Shown here one piece after another: positions 13,459-24,551 of a stretch of DNA of 64,000 nt. The stretch lies in the sequence record KX130862, one strand, 5' to 3'. The stretch is from Shigella phage SHFML-26. Numbering within the stretch: the stretch's first letter is position 1; each line of letters opens with the position of its first letter. A program made the translations under genes and the position numbers. The notes below the pieces were generated by a model. That model was given only the letters and a program-made list of their open reading frames with translations, was not told the origin of the DNA and did not search any database.

Positions 13459-14112
13459 TCAATACTTGCAAGATTTCACAGTTTCAATGAAAACACTTTT
13501 AGCTTTCTGTGAATCAATATTTAAAATTTTTCTATAAGCCTTTAACTTTATAGAATAATTATTCCAGACTAAATTATCAGTCTGTTCATCGTGTTTATCA
13601 ATTATATTTAAAAACGAATCAAGCAAGATAAACGTTTCAAACGAAATTATATTCGATTGAAGTAGTTTAAAAATATAACTTGATTGAACTTTTGGATTAT
13701 ATTCAAAGATTTCTTTAAAAGCAGAAACTTCAACTTTCTTACTAAAATAATAAATGTTGCGAATATCTTCTTCAAACTTAAATTTAATTTGCTTTAAGCG
13801 TCCGATATATTCACGATAAAACACAAGTGCATCAGCGTCAGAGATGTCACCAATCCAAGCATCTTGGTTAGCAACCAAATTACTTATAAAGATTAAAGCA
13901 AGTTCCTTTAATTTATATTTTTCTGATAACTTCTGGAAAAAATACTTATCCCTTCGCTTTTGATAAGCGGCATCAGACACCCGCATGCACCAATTATACT
14001 TAATAACATCATACTTTCCATTCATATGCTGTTTTATCATTAAGTATAATTTATAAACTGATTTACCATCAATGTATCTTTCACCACCAGCAGGCATGCG
14101 GAGTTTAATCAT
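13459..14112 (-). CDS. 59: helicase loader gp59
   Basis: 217 aa MIKLRMPAGGERYIDGKSVYKLYLMIKQH... Confidence 0.9.
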   Translation of the reverse strand: MIKLRMPAGGERYIDGKSVYKLYLMIKQHMNGKYDVIKYNWCMRVSDAAYQKRRDKYFFQKLSEKYKLKELALIFISNLVANQDAWIGDISDADALVFYREYIGRLKQIKFKFEEDIRNIYYFSKKVEVSAFKEIFEYNPKVQSSYIFKLLQSNIISFETFILLDSFLNIIDKHDEQTDNLVWNNYSIKLKAYRKILNIDSQKAKSVFIETVKSCKY

Positions 14113-14447
14113 AGTAGAAAATCTAATGTATTAGTTTTTTCACAACGAACAACAGAAGGACGTAAAAGATTTTCGTCAATAGCTTCTGACTGAATTTTTT
14201 CAATTATACCCGAAGGAATAAATTTAGCAAATTGAGTTTCAGGAATAGAATTTTCTTCTAAGAATGCTGTTGTAGCTTCAAGATAACTCATTCCAAACTC
14301 TTCTACCATTTTTTCAATAATAAATCCATTTTCTTGACGATCAAGAAGCTTTGCTATTTCATCCTTTTCTTTCTTGATTGAAAGTTCTTTTTCTGAAAGA
14401 CCGGTCTCATCGACCGGACGAATATCATTTAGAGAAAACTGTGTCAT
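14109..14447 (-). CDS. 33: late transcription co-activator gp33
   Basis: 112 aa from MTQFSLNDIRPVDETGLSEKE...; track ORF trimmed to this Met. Confidence 0.85.
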   Translation of the reverse strand: MTQFSLNDIRPVDETGLSEKELSIKKEKDEIAKLLDRQENGFIIEKMVEEFGMSYLEATTAFLEENSIPETQFAKFIPSGIIEKIQSEAIDENLLRPSVVRCEKTNTLDFLL

Positions 14448-14694
14448 AAAGTTCAACTACCTCTTCAGTTTCAGCTTCAAACACATCACGGTTATCTTTA
14501 TGATACAAAGCTAATAGACGATTAAACATCTTACCATCAACGCCAAGTTCATCTTTAGCACGAATTCGAATATCTTTAATCAGTTCATTATAACCGGAAA
14601 TTTTCAGTTTATGATCAGATGCTTCTTTAATAAATTTAGCCAAGTCTTCGCCATGGATAGCTTCATCAAATTCAACCATTTCTTTTTTAGCCAT
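14425..14694 (-). CDS. dsbA: dsDNA-binding protein DsbA
   Basis: 89 aa MAKKEMVEFDEAIHGEDLAKFIKEASDHKLK... Confidence 0.8.
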   Translation of the reverse strand: MAKKEMVEFDEAIHGEDLAKFIKEASDHKLKISGYNELIKDIRIRAKDELGVDGKMFNRLLALYHKDNRDVFEAETEEVVELYDTVFSK

Positions 14695-14702
14695 TATTCA
14701 CC

Positions 14703-15620
14703 TCAAAATTCATTAATGCTATTAGTTAATTTAGAAAGACCCGCTTTTACAAAATATGAATAAATTTTGCCACGCGGTGGTAATTTATATGAATTATAGT
14801 AATTCACGATGTTTGAAGCAATATTATCAGGAATATAATCAAAATCAATTAGAACTAAATTTTCTTTATAACGATTATATTCAGATTCTGTGAGAAGCAC
14901 CTTAGCTTGCTCACGATCATTAGCAATAGCTTCAACGATTGAAGTTTTCATTGAAGGAGTCCGTTCACCTTCAACTTTGGTAAACCAAAAGTCAGATCGT
15001 ACTTTAACTGAAGCAACGTTATCCTTTTTGTCGCCTTTAAGGATTTTAGTCATACAGTCAATTTCAGCAGAACCGCTTTTAATTTTAACCCATTTCTTAT
15101 GCATCGGTGACCATTGCTTAACATTTGGATATTTGTGAAGCTGTGTAAAGTCACCATCCGATGAAATGATTAAAATCTTATGTCCTTCTAAAGAGAACTT
15201 TTTAACAAGAACAGCAATGTGGTCATCTGCTTCATACTTATCAATATCCATAACAATGTATGGCATATAAGCTTTCAATTCATCTATAACTTTATGGCTG
15301 GATTCAAAATAACCTTCCCAGTCCCAAGTAGATTCTTCTCGTGCTTTTCCACGGTTTTTCTTATAATAATAGGCGAAATCACGACGCCAATATCCAGATT
15401 TCGCGTTATCAATACACAGTACAATTTTAGTGTATCCAAGCGTTTTTGCTTTTTTGACATTAAACTTAATTGAGTTCAATATCAAATGACGAACCATTGA
15501 TAAATTAATTTTTTCTTTATCTGGGAAGTTTACAAGAGCAGTTGAAAGTGCAATTTGACTAAAGTCAATAAAGCAAATTCCTTCTTTATAATCTTCATCC
15601 AGCATCATTTCTAAATCCAT
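14703..15620 (-). CDS. rnh: RNase H (5'-3' exonuclease / flap endonuclease)
   Basis: 305 aa from MDLEMMLDEDYKEGICFIDFSQIAL...; track ORF trimmed. Confidence 0.9.
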   Translation of the reverse strand: MDLEMMLDEDYKEGICFIDFSQIALSTALVNFPDKEKINLSMVRHLILNSIKFNVKKAKTLGYTKIVLCIDNAKSGYWRRDFAYYYKKNRGKAREESTWDWEGYFESSHKVIDELKAYMPYIVMDIDKYEADDHIAVLVKKFSLEGHKILIISSDGDFTQLHKYPNVKQWSPMHKKWVKIKSGSAEIDCMTKILKGDKKDNVASVKVRSDFWFTKVEGERTPSMKTSIVEAIANDREQAKVLLTESEYNRYKENLVLIDFDYIPDNIASNIVNYYNSYKLPPRGKIYSYFVKAGLSKLTNSINEF

Positions 15621-15682
15621 ATGAACCTCGTTCAATTAGTGAGATTTCTATTATATACTATCTAAATCTTAAAGTAAACAGG

Positions 15683-15690
15683 TATAAATA
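15683..15690 (+). promoter_or_regulatory. late promoter core TATAAATA upstream of gene 34
   Basis: ggTATAAATActtatt about 35 nt upstream of the gene 34 ATG, followed by AGGAG RBS. Confidence 0.6.
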
Positions 15691-15724
15691 CTTATTATTG
15701 AAAACACAATAGGAGCCCGGGAGA

Positions 15725-18700
15725 ATGGCCGAGATTAAAAGAAAGTTCAGAGCAGAAGATGGTCTGGACGCAGGTGGCGATAAAATAATCAACGTAGCTT
15801 TAGCTGATCGTACCGTAGGAACTGACGGTGTTAACGTTGATTACTTAATTCAAGAAAACACAGTTCAGCAATATGATCCAACTCGTGGATATTTAAAAGA
15901 TTTTGTAATCATTTATAATAATCGTTTTTGGGCAGCAACGGATAATATTCCAAAACCTGCTGGAAATTTTAATAGAATTCGTTGGAAAGCATTACGTACT
16001 GATGCTGTATATACAACCGTATCATCTGGACCATATCAATTAAAATCCGGAGAAGCAATTTCAGTAGATACATCAGTTGGCAATGACATTGAGTTTACTT
16101 TACCGCCTTCTCCGCTTGATGGAGAAACCGTAATAATTCAAGATATCGGTGGAAAACCTGGCATAAATCAGGTTAAAATAAATTCTTCAAATCAGAGTAT
16201 TGTCAATTTTAGAGGTGAACAGGTACGTTCAGTTTTAATGACTCATCCAAAGTCACAGATGGTATTCATTTTTAATAATCGTTTGTGGCAAATGTATATT
16301 GCTGATTATAGCAGAGAAGCTGCGATTGTTACTCCATCGACTGCATATCAAGCACAATCTAATGATTTTATCGTACGTAGATTTACTTCTGCCGCGCCGA
16401 TTAATGTTAAGCTTCCAAGATTTGCCAATCATGGAGATATCATTAATTTCGTTGATTTAGATAAATTAAATCCACTTTATCATACAATTGTTACGACATA
16501 TGATGAAACAACGTCAGTGCAAGAAGTTGGAACTCATTCCATTGAAGGCCGTACATCGATTGACGGTTTCTTGATGTTTGATGATAATGAGAAATTGTGG
16601 AGATTGTTTGACGGGGATAGTAAAGCACGTTTACGCATTATAACAACTAATTCTAATATTCGTCCAAATGAAGAAGTCATGGTATTTGGCGCGAATAATG
16701 GAACAACCCAGACAATTGAACTTCAGCTTCCGACTGATATTTCTGTTGGTGATACTGTCAAAATTTCCATGAATTACATGAGAAAAGGACAAACAGTTAA
16801 AATCAAAGCTGCAGGTGAAGATAAAATTGCTTCCTCAGTTCAATTGCTGCAATTCCCAAAACGTTCAGAATATCCGCCTGAAGCTGAATGGGTAACAGTT
16901 CAAGAATTAGTTTTTAACGGTGAAACTAATTATGTTCCAGTTTTACAACTTGCTTATATAGAAGATTCTGATGGAAAATGCTGGGTTGTACAGCAAAACG
17001 TTCCAACTGTAGAAAGAGTAGACTCTTTAAATGCTTCTACTAGAGCAAGATTAGGCGTAATTGCTTTAGCTACGCAAGCTCAAGCAAATGCTGATTTAGA
17101 AAATTCTCCACAAAAAGAATTAGCAATTACTCCAGAAACGTTAGCTAATCGTACTGCTACAGAAACTCGCAGAGGTATTGCAAGAATAGCAACTACTGCT
17201 CAAGTGAATCAGAACACCACATTCTCTTTTGCAGATGACCTTATCATCACTCCTAAAAAGCTGAATGAAAGAACTGCTACAGAAACTCGTAGAGGTGTCG
17301 CTGAAATTGCTACGCAGCAGGAAACTAATACAGGTACTGATGATACTACAATCATCACTCCTAAAAAGCTTCAAGCTCGCCAAGGTTCTGAATCATTATC
17401 TGGTATTGTAACTTATGTATCTACTGCAGGAGCTACTCCAGCTTCTAGCCGTGAATTAAATGGTACGAATGTTTATAATAAAAACACTAATAATTTAGTT
17501 GTTTCACCTAAAGCTTTGGATCAGTATAAAGCTACTCCAACGCAACAAGGCGCAGTAATTTTAGCAGTTGAAAGTGAAGTAATTGCTGGACAAAGCCAAG
17601 AAGGATGGGCAAATGCGGTTGTAACGCCAGAAACGTTACATAAAAAGACATCAACTGATGGAAGAATTGGTTTAATTGAAATTGCTACGCAAAGTGAAGT
17701 TAACACAGGAACTGACTATACTCGTGCAGTCACTCCTAAAACTTTAAATGACCGTAGAGCAACTGAAAGTTTAAGTGGTATAGCTGAAATTGCTACGCAA
17801 GTTGAATTCGACGCAGGCGTCGACGATACTCGCATCTCTACACCATTAAAAATTAAAACTAGATTTAATAGTACTGATCGTACTTCTGTTGTTGCTCTAT
17901 CTGGATTAGTTGAATCAGGAACTCTCTGGGACCATTATACCCTTAATATTCTTGAAGCAAATGAGACACAGCGTGGTACACTTCGTGTAGCTACACAAGT
18001 TGAAGCTGCTGCAGGAACATTAGATAATGTTTTAATAACTCCTAAAAAGCTTTTAGGTACTAAATCTACCGAATCGCAAGAAGGTGTTATTAAAGTTGCA
18101 ACTCAGTCTGAAACTGTGACTGGAACGTCAGCAAATACTGCTGTATCTCCAAAAAATTTAAAGTGGATTGTGCAGAGTGAACCAACTTGGGCAGCAACTA
18201 CTCTGATAAGAGGGTTTGTTAAAACTTCATCTGGTTCAATTACATTCGTTGGTAATGATACCGTTGGTTCAACGCAGTCATTAGAATCATATGAGAAAAA
18301 TGGTTATGCAGTATCACCATATGAATTAAACCGTGTATTAGCAAATTATTTGCCATTAAAAGCAAAAGCTGTAGATAGTAATTTATTAGATGGTCTAGAT
18401 TCGCTCCAGTTCATTCGTAGGGACATTGCACAAACAGTTAATGGTTCACTAACCTTAACCCAACAAACGAATCTGAGTGCCCCTCTTGTATCATCTAGTA
18501 CAGCTACGTTTGGTGGGTCAGTTTCAGCAAATAGTACATTAACTATTTCTAATACTGGAACGGCAACTCGATTGATTTTTGAGAAAGGACCTCAAACTGG
18601 AACAAACCCGGCTCAAACGATGACAGTCAGAGTGTGGGGAAATCAATTTAGTGGGGAATCAGACACAACACGTTCTACCGTATTTGAAGTTAGTGATGAA

Positions 18701-19594
18701 ACGTCTAGTCATTTTTATTCTCAGCGTAATAAAGCTGGAAATATAACATTTAATATCAACGGTACAGTAACACCGATAAATGTTAATGCTTCAGGAACAT
18801 TGAATGCAAATGGTGTAGCAACATTTGGTAATTCAGTCACTGCAACTGGTGAAATTATTTCTCGAAGCGCAAATGCTTTCCGTGCTATTAACGGAAATTA
18901 TGGTTTCATTGTTCGCAATGATGGGTCAGTAACGAATTTTATGCTTACTGCATCGGGTGATCAAACCGGCGGATTTAATGGATTGCGTCCTTTAGCTATT
19001 AATAATGCATCTGGCCAAGTAACGATTGGTGAAAGCTTAATCATTGCAAAAGGTGCTACTATAAGTTCAGGCGGTTTAACTGTTAACTCGAGAATTCGTT
19101 CTCAGGGTACTAAAACCTCTGATTTATATACCCGTGCGCCAACATCTGATACAGTAGGATTCTGGTCAATCGATATTAATGATTCAGCCACTTATAACCA
19201 GTTCCCGGGTTATTTTAAAATGGTTGAAAAAACTAATGAAGTGACTGGACTTCCATACTTAGAACGCGGTGAAGAAGTTAAATCTCCTGGTACATTGACT
19301 CAGTTTGGTAACACACTTGATTCGCTTTATCAAGATTGGATTACTTATCCAACGACCCCAGAAGCACGTACCACTCGCTGGACACGTACATGGCAGAAAA
19401 CCAAAAACTCTTGGTCAAGTTTTGTTCAGGTATTTGATGGAGGTAACCCTCCTCAACCTTCGGATATAGGAGCAATCCCATCTGATAATGGAATAATAGG
19501 TAATCTTACTATTCGTGATTTCTTACGAATTGGTAATGTTCGCATTATTCCTGACCCAGTGAATAAAACTGTTAAATTTGAATGGGTTGAATAA
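15725..19594 (+). CDS. 34: long tail fibre proximal subunit gp34
   Basis: 1289 aa MAEIKRKFRAEDGLDAGGDKIINVALADRTVG...; internal repeats of the ...TATETRRG(I/V)A(R/E)IAT... type. Confidence 0.95.
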   Translation: MAEIKRKFRAEDGLDAGGDKIINVALADRTVGTDGVNVDYLIQENTVQQYDPTRGYLKDFVIIYNNRFWAATDNIPKPAGNFNRIRWKALRTDAVYTTVSSGPYQLKSGEAISVDTSVGNDIEFTLPPSPLDGETVIIQDIGGKPGINQVKINSSNQSIVNFRGEQVRSVLMTHPKSQMVFIFNNRLWQMYIADYSREAAIVTPSTAYQAQSNDFIVRRFTSAAPINVKLPRFANHGDIINFVDLDKLNPLYHTIVTTYDETTSVQEVGTHSIEGRTSIDGFLMFDDNEKLWRLFDGDSKARLRIITTNSNIRPNEEVMVFGANNGTTQTIELQLPTDISVGDTVKISMNYMRKGQTVKIKAAGEDKIASSVQLLQFPKRSEYPPEAEWVTVQELVFNGETNYVPVLQLAYIEDSDGKCWVVQQNVPTVERVDSLNASTRARLGVIALATQAQANADLENSPQKELAITPETLANRTATETRRGIARIATTAQVNQNTTFSFADDLIITPKKLNERTATETRRGVAEIATQQETNTGTDDTTIITPKKLQARQGSESLSGIVTYVSTAGATPASSRELNGTNVYNKNTNNLVVSPKALDQYKATPTQQGAVILAVESEVIAGQSQEGWANAVVTPETLHKKTSTDGRIGLIEIATQSEVNTGTDYTRAVTPKTLNDRRATESLSGIAEIATQVEFDAGVDDTRISTPLKIKTRFNSTDRTSVVALSGLVESGTLWDHYTLNILEANETQRGTLRVATQVEAAAGTLDNVLITPKKLLGTKSTESQEGVIKVATQSETVTGTSANTAVSPKNLKWIVQSEPTWAATTLIRGFVKTSSGSITFVGNDTVGSTQSLESYEKNGYAVSPYELNRVLANYLPLKAKAVDSNLLDGLDSLQFIRRDIAQTVNGSLTLTQQTNLSAPLVSSSTATFGGSVSANSTLTISNTGTATRLIFEKGPQTGTNPAQTMTVRVWGNQFSGESDTTRSTVFEVSDETSSHFYSQRNKAGNITFNINGTVTPINVNASGTLNANGVATFGNSVTATGEIISRSANAFRAINGNYGFIVRNDGSVTNFMLTASGDQTGGFNGLRPLAINNASGQVTIGESLIIAKGATISSGGLTVNSRIRSQGTKTSDLYTRAPTSDTVGFWSIDINDSATYNQFPGYFKMVEKTNEVTGLPYLERGEEVKSPGTLTQFGNTLDSLYQDWITYPTTPEARTTRWTRTWQKTKNSWSSFVQVFDGGNPPQPSDIGAIPSDNGIIGNLTIRDFLRIGNVRIIPDPVNKTVKFEWVE

Positions 19595-19602
19595 GAGGTA
19601 TT

Positions 19603-20718
19603 ATGGAAAAATTTATGGCAGAGTTTGGACAAGGATATGTCCAAACGCCATTTTTATCGGAAAGCAATTCAGTAAGATATAAAATAAGCATAGCGGGTTC
19701 TTGCCCGCTTTCTACTGCGGGACCATATGTTAAATTTCAGGATAATCCCGTTGGAAATCAAACATTTAGTGCAGGTCTTCATTTAAGAGTTTTTGACCCT
19801 TCTACGGGAGCATTAGTTGATAGTAAGTCATATGCTTTTTCTGCTTCAAACAATACAACATCTGCCGCTTTTGTCAGTTTCATGAATTCTTTGTCAAACA
19901 ATAAACTTGTTGCTATATTAACTAGCGGAAAGGTTAATTTTCCTCCTGAAGTGGTATCTTGGTTAAGGGAAGCAGGAACTTCAGTTTTTCCATCAGATTC
20001 CGTATTGTCAAGATTTGACGTATCATATGCTGCTTTTTACACTTCTTCTAAAAGAGCTATCGCATTAGAGCATGTTAAACTAAGTAATAGAAAAAGCACA
20101 GATGACTATCAAACTATGTTAGATGTTGTATTTGATAGTTTAGAAGACGTTGGAGCGACAGGATTTCCAAAAAGAACTTATGAAAGCGTTGAGCAATTTA
20201 TGTCAGCGGTTGGTGGAACTAATAATGAAATTGTGCGTTTACCAACTTCAGCTGCTATAAGTAAACTTTCTGACTACAATTTAATTCCTGGTGATGTTCT
20301 TTATCTTAAAGCACAGTTATATGCTGATGCTGATTTACTTGATCTTGGAACTGCAAATATATCTATTCGTTTTTATGATGCATCAAATGGATATATTTCC
20401 TCGACCCAAGCTGAGTTTACTGGGCAAGCTGGGTCTTGGGAATTAAAAGAAGATTATGTAGTTGTTCCTGAAAATGCAGTAGGATTTACGATATATGCAC
20501 AGAGAACTGCACAAGCTGGTCAAGGCGGAATGAGGAATTTAAGCTTTTCTGAAGTATCAAGAAATGGCGGCATTTCAAAACCTGCCGAATTTGGCGTCAA
20601 CGGTATTCGCGTTAATTATGTCTGTGAATCGGCTTCACCTCCAGATATAATGGTACTTCCTACACAGGCATCGTCTAAAACTGGTAAAGTGTTTGGACAG
20701 GAATTTAGAGAAGTTTAA
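19603..20718 (+). CDS. 35: long tail fibre hinge connector gp35
   Basis: 371 aa MEKFMAEFGQGYVQTPFLSESNSVRYKISIAG... Confidence 0.9.
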   Translation: MEKFMAEFGQGYVQTPFLSESNSVRYKISIAGSCPLSTAGPYVKFQDNPVGNQTFSAGLHLRVFDPSTGALVDSKSYAFSASNNTTSAAFVSFMNSLSNNKLVAILTSGKVNFPPEVVSWLREAGTSVFPSDSVLSRFDVSYAAFYTSSKRAIALEHVKLSNRKSTDDYQTMLDVVFDSLEDVGATGFPKRTYESVEQFMSAVGGTNNEIVRLPTSAAISKLSDYNLIPGDVLYLKAQLYADADLLDLGTANISIRFYDASNGYISSTQAEFTGQAGSWELKEDYVVVPENAVGFTIYAQRTAQAGQGGMRNLSFSEVSRNGGISKPAEFGVNGIRVNYVCESASPPDIMVLPTQASSKTGKVFGQEFREV

Positions 20719-20721
20719 ACT

Positions 20722-20750
20722 GAGGGAGCCTTCGGGTTCCTTTTTTCTTT
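20722..20750 (+). terminator. putative rho-independent terminator after gene 35
   Basis: gagGGAGCCttcgGGTTCC stem-loop followed by TTTTTTCTTT. Confidence 0.5.
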
Positions 20751-20757
20751 ATAAATA
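20750..20757 (+). promoter_or_regulatory. late promoter core TATAAATA upstream of gene 36
   Basis: ctttaTAAATAatatt about 25 nt upstream of the gene 36 ATG. Confidence 0.6.
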
Positions 20758-20781
20758 ATATTAAAAATAAAGGGGCATACA

Positions 20782-21432
20782 ATGGCTGATTTAAAAGTAG
20801 GTTCAACTGTAGGTGGATCTGTCATTTGGCATCAAGGAAATTTTCCGTTGAATTCAGCCGGTGACGATGTACTCTACAAATCATTTAAAATATATTCAGA
20901 ATATAATAAACCACAGGCAGCTGATAATGATTTCGTTTCTAAATCTACTGGTGGTACTTACACAGGCCCAGTTACTATTAATTATGGTGTAAATAGTTAT
21001 CTTCAATTAAGTAATAATGAAACCCCCATCCGAATTCGTTCTGGTGGCGGCACTGGTAATACTCTTGTAGTTGGTGGCTCTTCTGGCGGTATTAGTTTTA
21101 GACCAGCAGGTAGTGAAATCACTACTGGACAAATTACTATTACGCCAGAAGGTTTGACAACATTTACCAAAGCTGTAACGGCTCCATCTGTAACTGTTAC
21201 ATCTACTCCTTCCGCAGCATCTGATGTTACTCGCAAAGATTATGTTGATGGAGCAATAAATACTGTTACAGCAAATGCAAACTCTAGGGTATTACGCTCT
21301 GGAGACACTATGACAGGAAATTTAACTGCGCCAAACCTTTTTTCGCAGAATCCTGCATCTCAACCTTCACACGTTCCACGATTTGACCAAATCGTAATTA
21401 AGGATTCTGTTCAAGATTTCGGCTATTATTAA
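20782..21432 (+). CDS. 36: long tail fibre distal connector gp36
   Basis: 216 aa [29 protein letters not shown]... Confidence 0.9.
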   Translation: MADLKVGSTVGGSVIWHQGNFPLNSAGDDVLYKSFKIYSEYNKPQAADNDFVSKSTGGTYTGPVTINYGVNSYLQLSNNETPIRIRSGGGTGNTLVVGGSSGGISFRPAGSEITTGQITITPEGLTTFTKAVTAPSVTVTSTPSAASDVTRKDYVDGAINTVTANANSRVLRSGDTMTGNLTAPNLFSQNPASQPSHVPRFDQIVIKDSVQDFGYY

Positions 21433-21440
21433 GAGGACTT

Positions 21441-24400
21441 ATGGCTACTTTAAAACAAATACAATTTAAAAGAAGCAAAACTGCAGGTCAACTTCCTGCT
21501 GCTTCAGTATTAGCCGAAGGTGAATTGGCTATTAATTTAAAAGATAAAACAATTTTCACAAAAGATGACTCAGGCAATGTTATAGAATTAGGTTTAAAAT
21601 ATGGAGGAACAATTGATGGTTCTTTAACTGTTAATGGAAATATAATTGGAAATTTAACAGGTAACGCTGCAACTGCAACGAAATTAAAAACAGCACGAAA
21701 AATTAATGGTATATCCTTTGATGGGTCAAAGGATATCACGCTAACTCCATCTGACATAAATGTCAATAGCACAACATTTATAAAAAATAATGGCGAATTA
21801 CCTGTTGATGCTAATTTAGATGAGTATGGGCCTGTTGAAGAATATCTTGGAGTTTGGTCGAAAGCAACTTCAACCAACGCTCAACCAGCAAATAAATTTC
21901 CAGAACAAAATGCTGTAGGTGTGCTAGAAGTATTTGTGGCCGGTCAATTTGCTGGTACTCAGAGATATACAACTAGATACGGAAATGTTTATATTCGTTC
22001 CTTGACTGCTACATGGAACGGAGTAAATGGTCCGTGGAGTGTGTGGCGAAATATTCAATCCGGTACTCGTCCACTGTCAACAACGATTGATCTTAATGAT
22101 CTAGGAGGCGCTGAACACTTTGGTTTGTGGCGAAATAGTTCAAATTCCATTGCTACCTTTGACAGAAATTTCCCAGAAGAAGGATCGTCAGCTCAAGGAC
22201 TTTTAGAAGTATATGAAGGTGGAAACTATTCTCGCACACAGAGATATACGACCAGATTTGGTGTTGTTTATACTCGCTGTCTTACTGCTGCGTGGGATGC
22301 TTCTGCGCCTAAATGGGGACCGTGGCAACAAGTCGGTAATGTCACACCAGCGACTTTTTATGATGGAGATCTGAATGATTTTAAAACTCCTGGGTTATAT
22401 AATATTTTAGGCACTGATGCCGTTATTAATTGTCCTACAGGCGAAGGTTTACCAGCCGTTATTGTTGGTTTGCTGGAAGTTAAACAGCGTGCTTCTGGTG
22501 GTGCTATTTTCCAAAAATTTACTACTGCCGGAACAGGTGCAACTACCCGCGATCGTATTTTTGAGCGCGCATACACCGGCGGTGTTTGGGGTACATGGAA
22601 CGAAGTATATACATCTTACTCTCTTCCAATTACTTTGGGTATGGGTGGTATTAAATCTAACTTAGCAGAGTTAGACTGGCAAGCATTTGATTTTGTTCCT
22701 GGTAGTATGTTTAGCGTTCCTTTGAACAAAATAAAGAACATGCCAGCTAATATGGATTGGGGTACGATTGACGGAAACTTAATTATGTTTTCTGTTGGTC
22801 CTAGCGAGCACACCAGCACAGGACGTACTGTTCAGGTTTGGCGTGGAACTGTATCCCAGACAAACTATCGTTATTTTGTCGTTCGTGTATTCGGTAATCC
22901 AGGGAGTAGAACATGTACAGTTCGACGCGTTGTTCTTGAAGACGGATCACATACTTGGACTGCTAAACAAGATTTTAATGGCGCAGTTAACTTTAACTCT
23001 ACTGTTAACCTTAATAACACTACCACATTTAAAACAGAAGTTAAATTCCGCTCGTTGAATGCATTCCGTATGTATGGCGGAAAATTTGGTACATTTTTAC
23101 GTAATGATGGAGAGAGTCTTTATATTCTTTCCACCGACGAAGATGATCAAGATGGAAACTTTAATACAAATAGACCTTTCCGTTATGAATTAAGAACTGG
23201 TGATGTTACTTTGGGTGGTGTTAGTGGTGCTAACGTTTTAAAATTAAAACGTGATTCTCTCACCGCATTTTTTGGTGGTGATATTAACATGAAAGGCACG
23301 ATGACTTTTGACGCCGGACGTTTAGGATCACGAGATTATTTTAAATTTAACCATTGGGGTGATAGCAATAACGCTCGTGATAACATCATCCAGTTAGAAG
23401 ATAGTCAAGGCGCCCATTTTTCCACTGAACGTACTTTAGCGACAGGTGCAATTAAAACTCGTTTCTTTGGCGAAACATTCACTGATGGTACATTATACCT
23501 AAATCAGATGAATAATAGCTCTGAACGATTCTCTATCAACAATTGGGGAAATTCAGAAGTTGGTCGCGCGGCAGTATTGGAAGTCGGCGATTCAAAAGGT
23601 TATCACTTCTATGCTGAACGCAGGACAGATAACAGTTTGATGTTTGATGTTGCTGGTTCTTTGACCGTGCATGGACCTAGCGGAATAACCATCAAAAACT
23701 CAACTGGTGCACGACATATCTGGTTTAGAGATGATAGCGATGCAGAAAAGGCTGTTATCTGGGCTACAGATGAGGGTATTTTACATATTCGCAATAATCA
23801 TGGGGGTTCATTTAGTCATCACTTCCAGGGTGCAATGATTAAAGTGGGAGAGCGTGTTCCTTATGCCGGAGATCAAGGGCTTATTCGCGGTGAAGTTTCT
23901 GGTGGTGCTTATGTGAATTGGAGAGATCGCCCTGCTGGTTTGTTGCTTGACTGTCAACAAAGCGTTGATAGTGCTCATGCTATTTGGAAAGCGGTTGATT
24001 GGGGGCGTAACTTCATCGCTGCTCTGGACGTTCATTGTCCCGGTGATAGTAATAATACTGCGACAGCGATTCTTCATGTTCAGGCTGCTGATTATCAATT
24101 CCATGCAAATGGGAGCTTTGATGCCAGTGGCAACGGAAACTTTAACGATGTTTATATTCGATCAGACCGTCGCCTTAAAGACAATATAGAAGATTATACC
24201 GGAAATGCGTTAAGTTTGATTGGTAAACTGAAAGTGAAAACTTACGATAAAGTTAAATCTCTTAAGGACCGTGAAATTATCGGTCATGAGATCGGCATTA
24301 TCGCACAGGATTTACAAGAAATATTACCAGAAGCGATTAATATTTCGAAAATTGGCAATCTTGATAAACCAGACGAAGTTCTGACAATTTCTAACTCCGC

Positions 24401-24515
24401 TGTGAATGCTCTTTTAATTAAGGCCATTCAGGAAATGAGTGAAGAAATTAAAGAATTGAAAACGCCTTTCTTCACTAAAATTGCTCGCAAAATTAGTAAA
24501 TATTTTAAATTCTAA
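21441..24515 (+). CDS. 37: long tail fibre distal subunit gp37 with C-terminal intramolecular-chaperone-like domain
   Basis: 1024 aa; N-terminus [13 protein letters not shown]...[11 protein letters not shown] conserved; C-terminus ...[34 protein letters not shown]... resembles self-cleaving chaperone domains of other phage fibres. Confidence 0.9.
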   Translation: MATLKQIQFKRSKTAGQLPAASVLAEGELAINLKDKTIFTKDDSGNVIELGLKYGGTIDGSLTVNGNIIGNLTGNAATATKLKTARKINGISFDGSKDITLTPSDINVNSTTFIKNNGELPVDANLDEYGPVEEYLGVWSKATSTNAQPANKFPEQNAVGVLEVFVAGQFAGTQRYTTRYGNVYIRSLTATWNGVNGPWSVWRNIQSGTRPLSTTIDLNDLGGAEHFGLWRNSSNSIATFDRNFPEEGSSAQGLLEVYEGGNYSRTQRYTTRFGVVYTRCLTAAWDASAPKWGPWQQVGNVTPATFYDGDLNDFKTPGLYNILGTDAVINCPTGEGLPAVIVGLLEVKQRASGGAIFQKFTTAGTGATTRDRIFERAYTGGVWGTWNEVYTSYSLPITLGMGGIKSNLAELDWQAFDFVPGSMFSVPLNKIKNMPANMDWGTIDGNLIMFSVGPSEHTSTGRTVQVWRGTVSQTNYRYFVVRVFGNPGSRTCTVRRVVLEDGSHTWTAKQDFNGAVNFNSTVNLNNTTTFKTEVKFRSLNAFRMYGGKFGTFLRNDGESLYILSTDEDDQDGNFNTNRPFRYELRTGDVTLGGVSGANVLKLKRDSLTAFFGGDINMKGTMTFDAGRLGSRDYFKFNHWGDSNNARDNIIQLEDSQGAHFSTERTLATGAIKTRFFGETFTDGTLYLNQMNNSSERFSINNWGNSEVGRAAVLEVGDSKGYHFYAERRTDNSLMFDVAGSLTVHGPSGITIKNSTGARHIWFRDDSDAEKAVIWATDEGILHIRNNHGGSFSHHFQGAMIKVGERVPYAGDQGLIRGEVSGGAYVNWRDRPAGLLLDCQQSVDSAHAIWKAVDWGRNFIAALDVHCPGDSNNTATAILHVQAADYQFHANGSFDASGNGNFNDVYIRSDRRLKDNIEDYTGNALSLIGKLKVKTYDKVKSLKDREIIGHEIGIIAQDLQEILPEAINISKIGNLDKPDEVLTISNSAVNALLIKAIQEMSEEIKELKTPFFTKIARKISKYFKF

Positions 24516-24551
24516 CAACAAGGGGGAAATGCCCCCTTTGGAGTATAAATT

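Noticed and set aside
24516-24551. TATAAAT immediately upstream of the gene 38 ATG considered as a late promoter
   Set aside because: Too close to the start codon to leave room for a 5' UTR and RBS; gene 38 is more likely read through from gene 37 after a partial hairpin.
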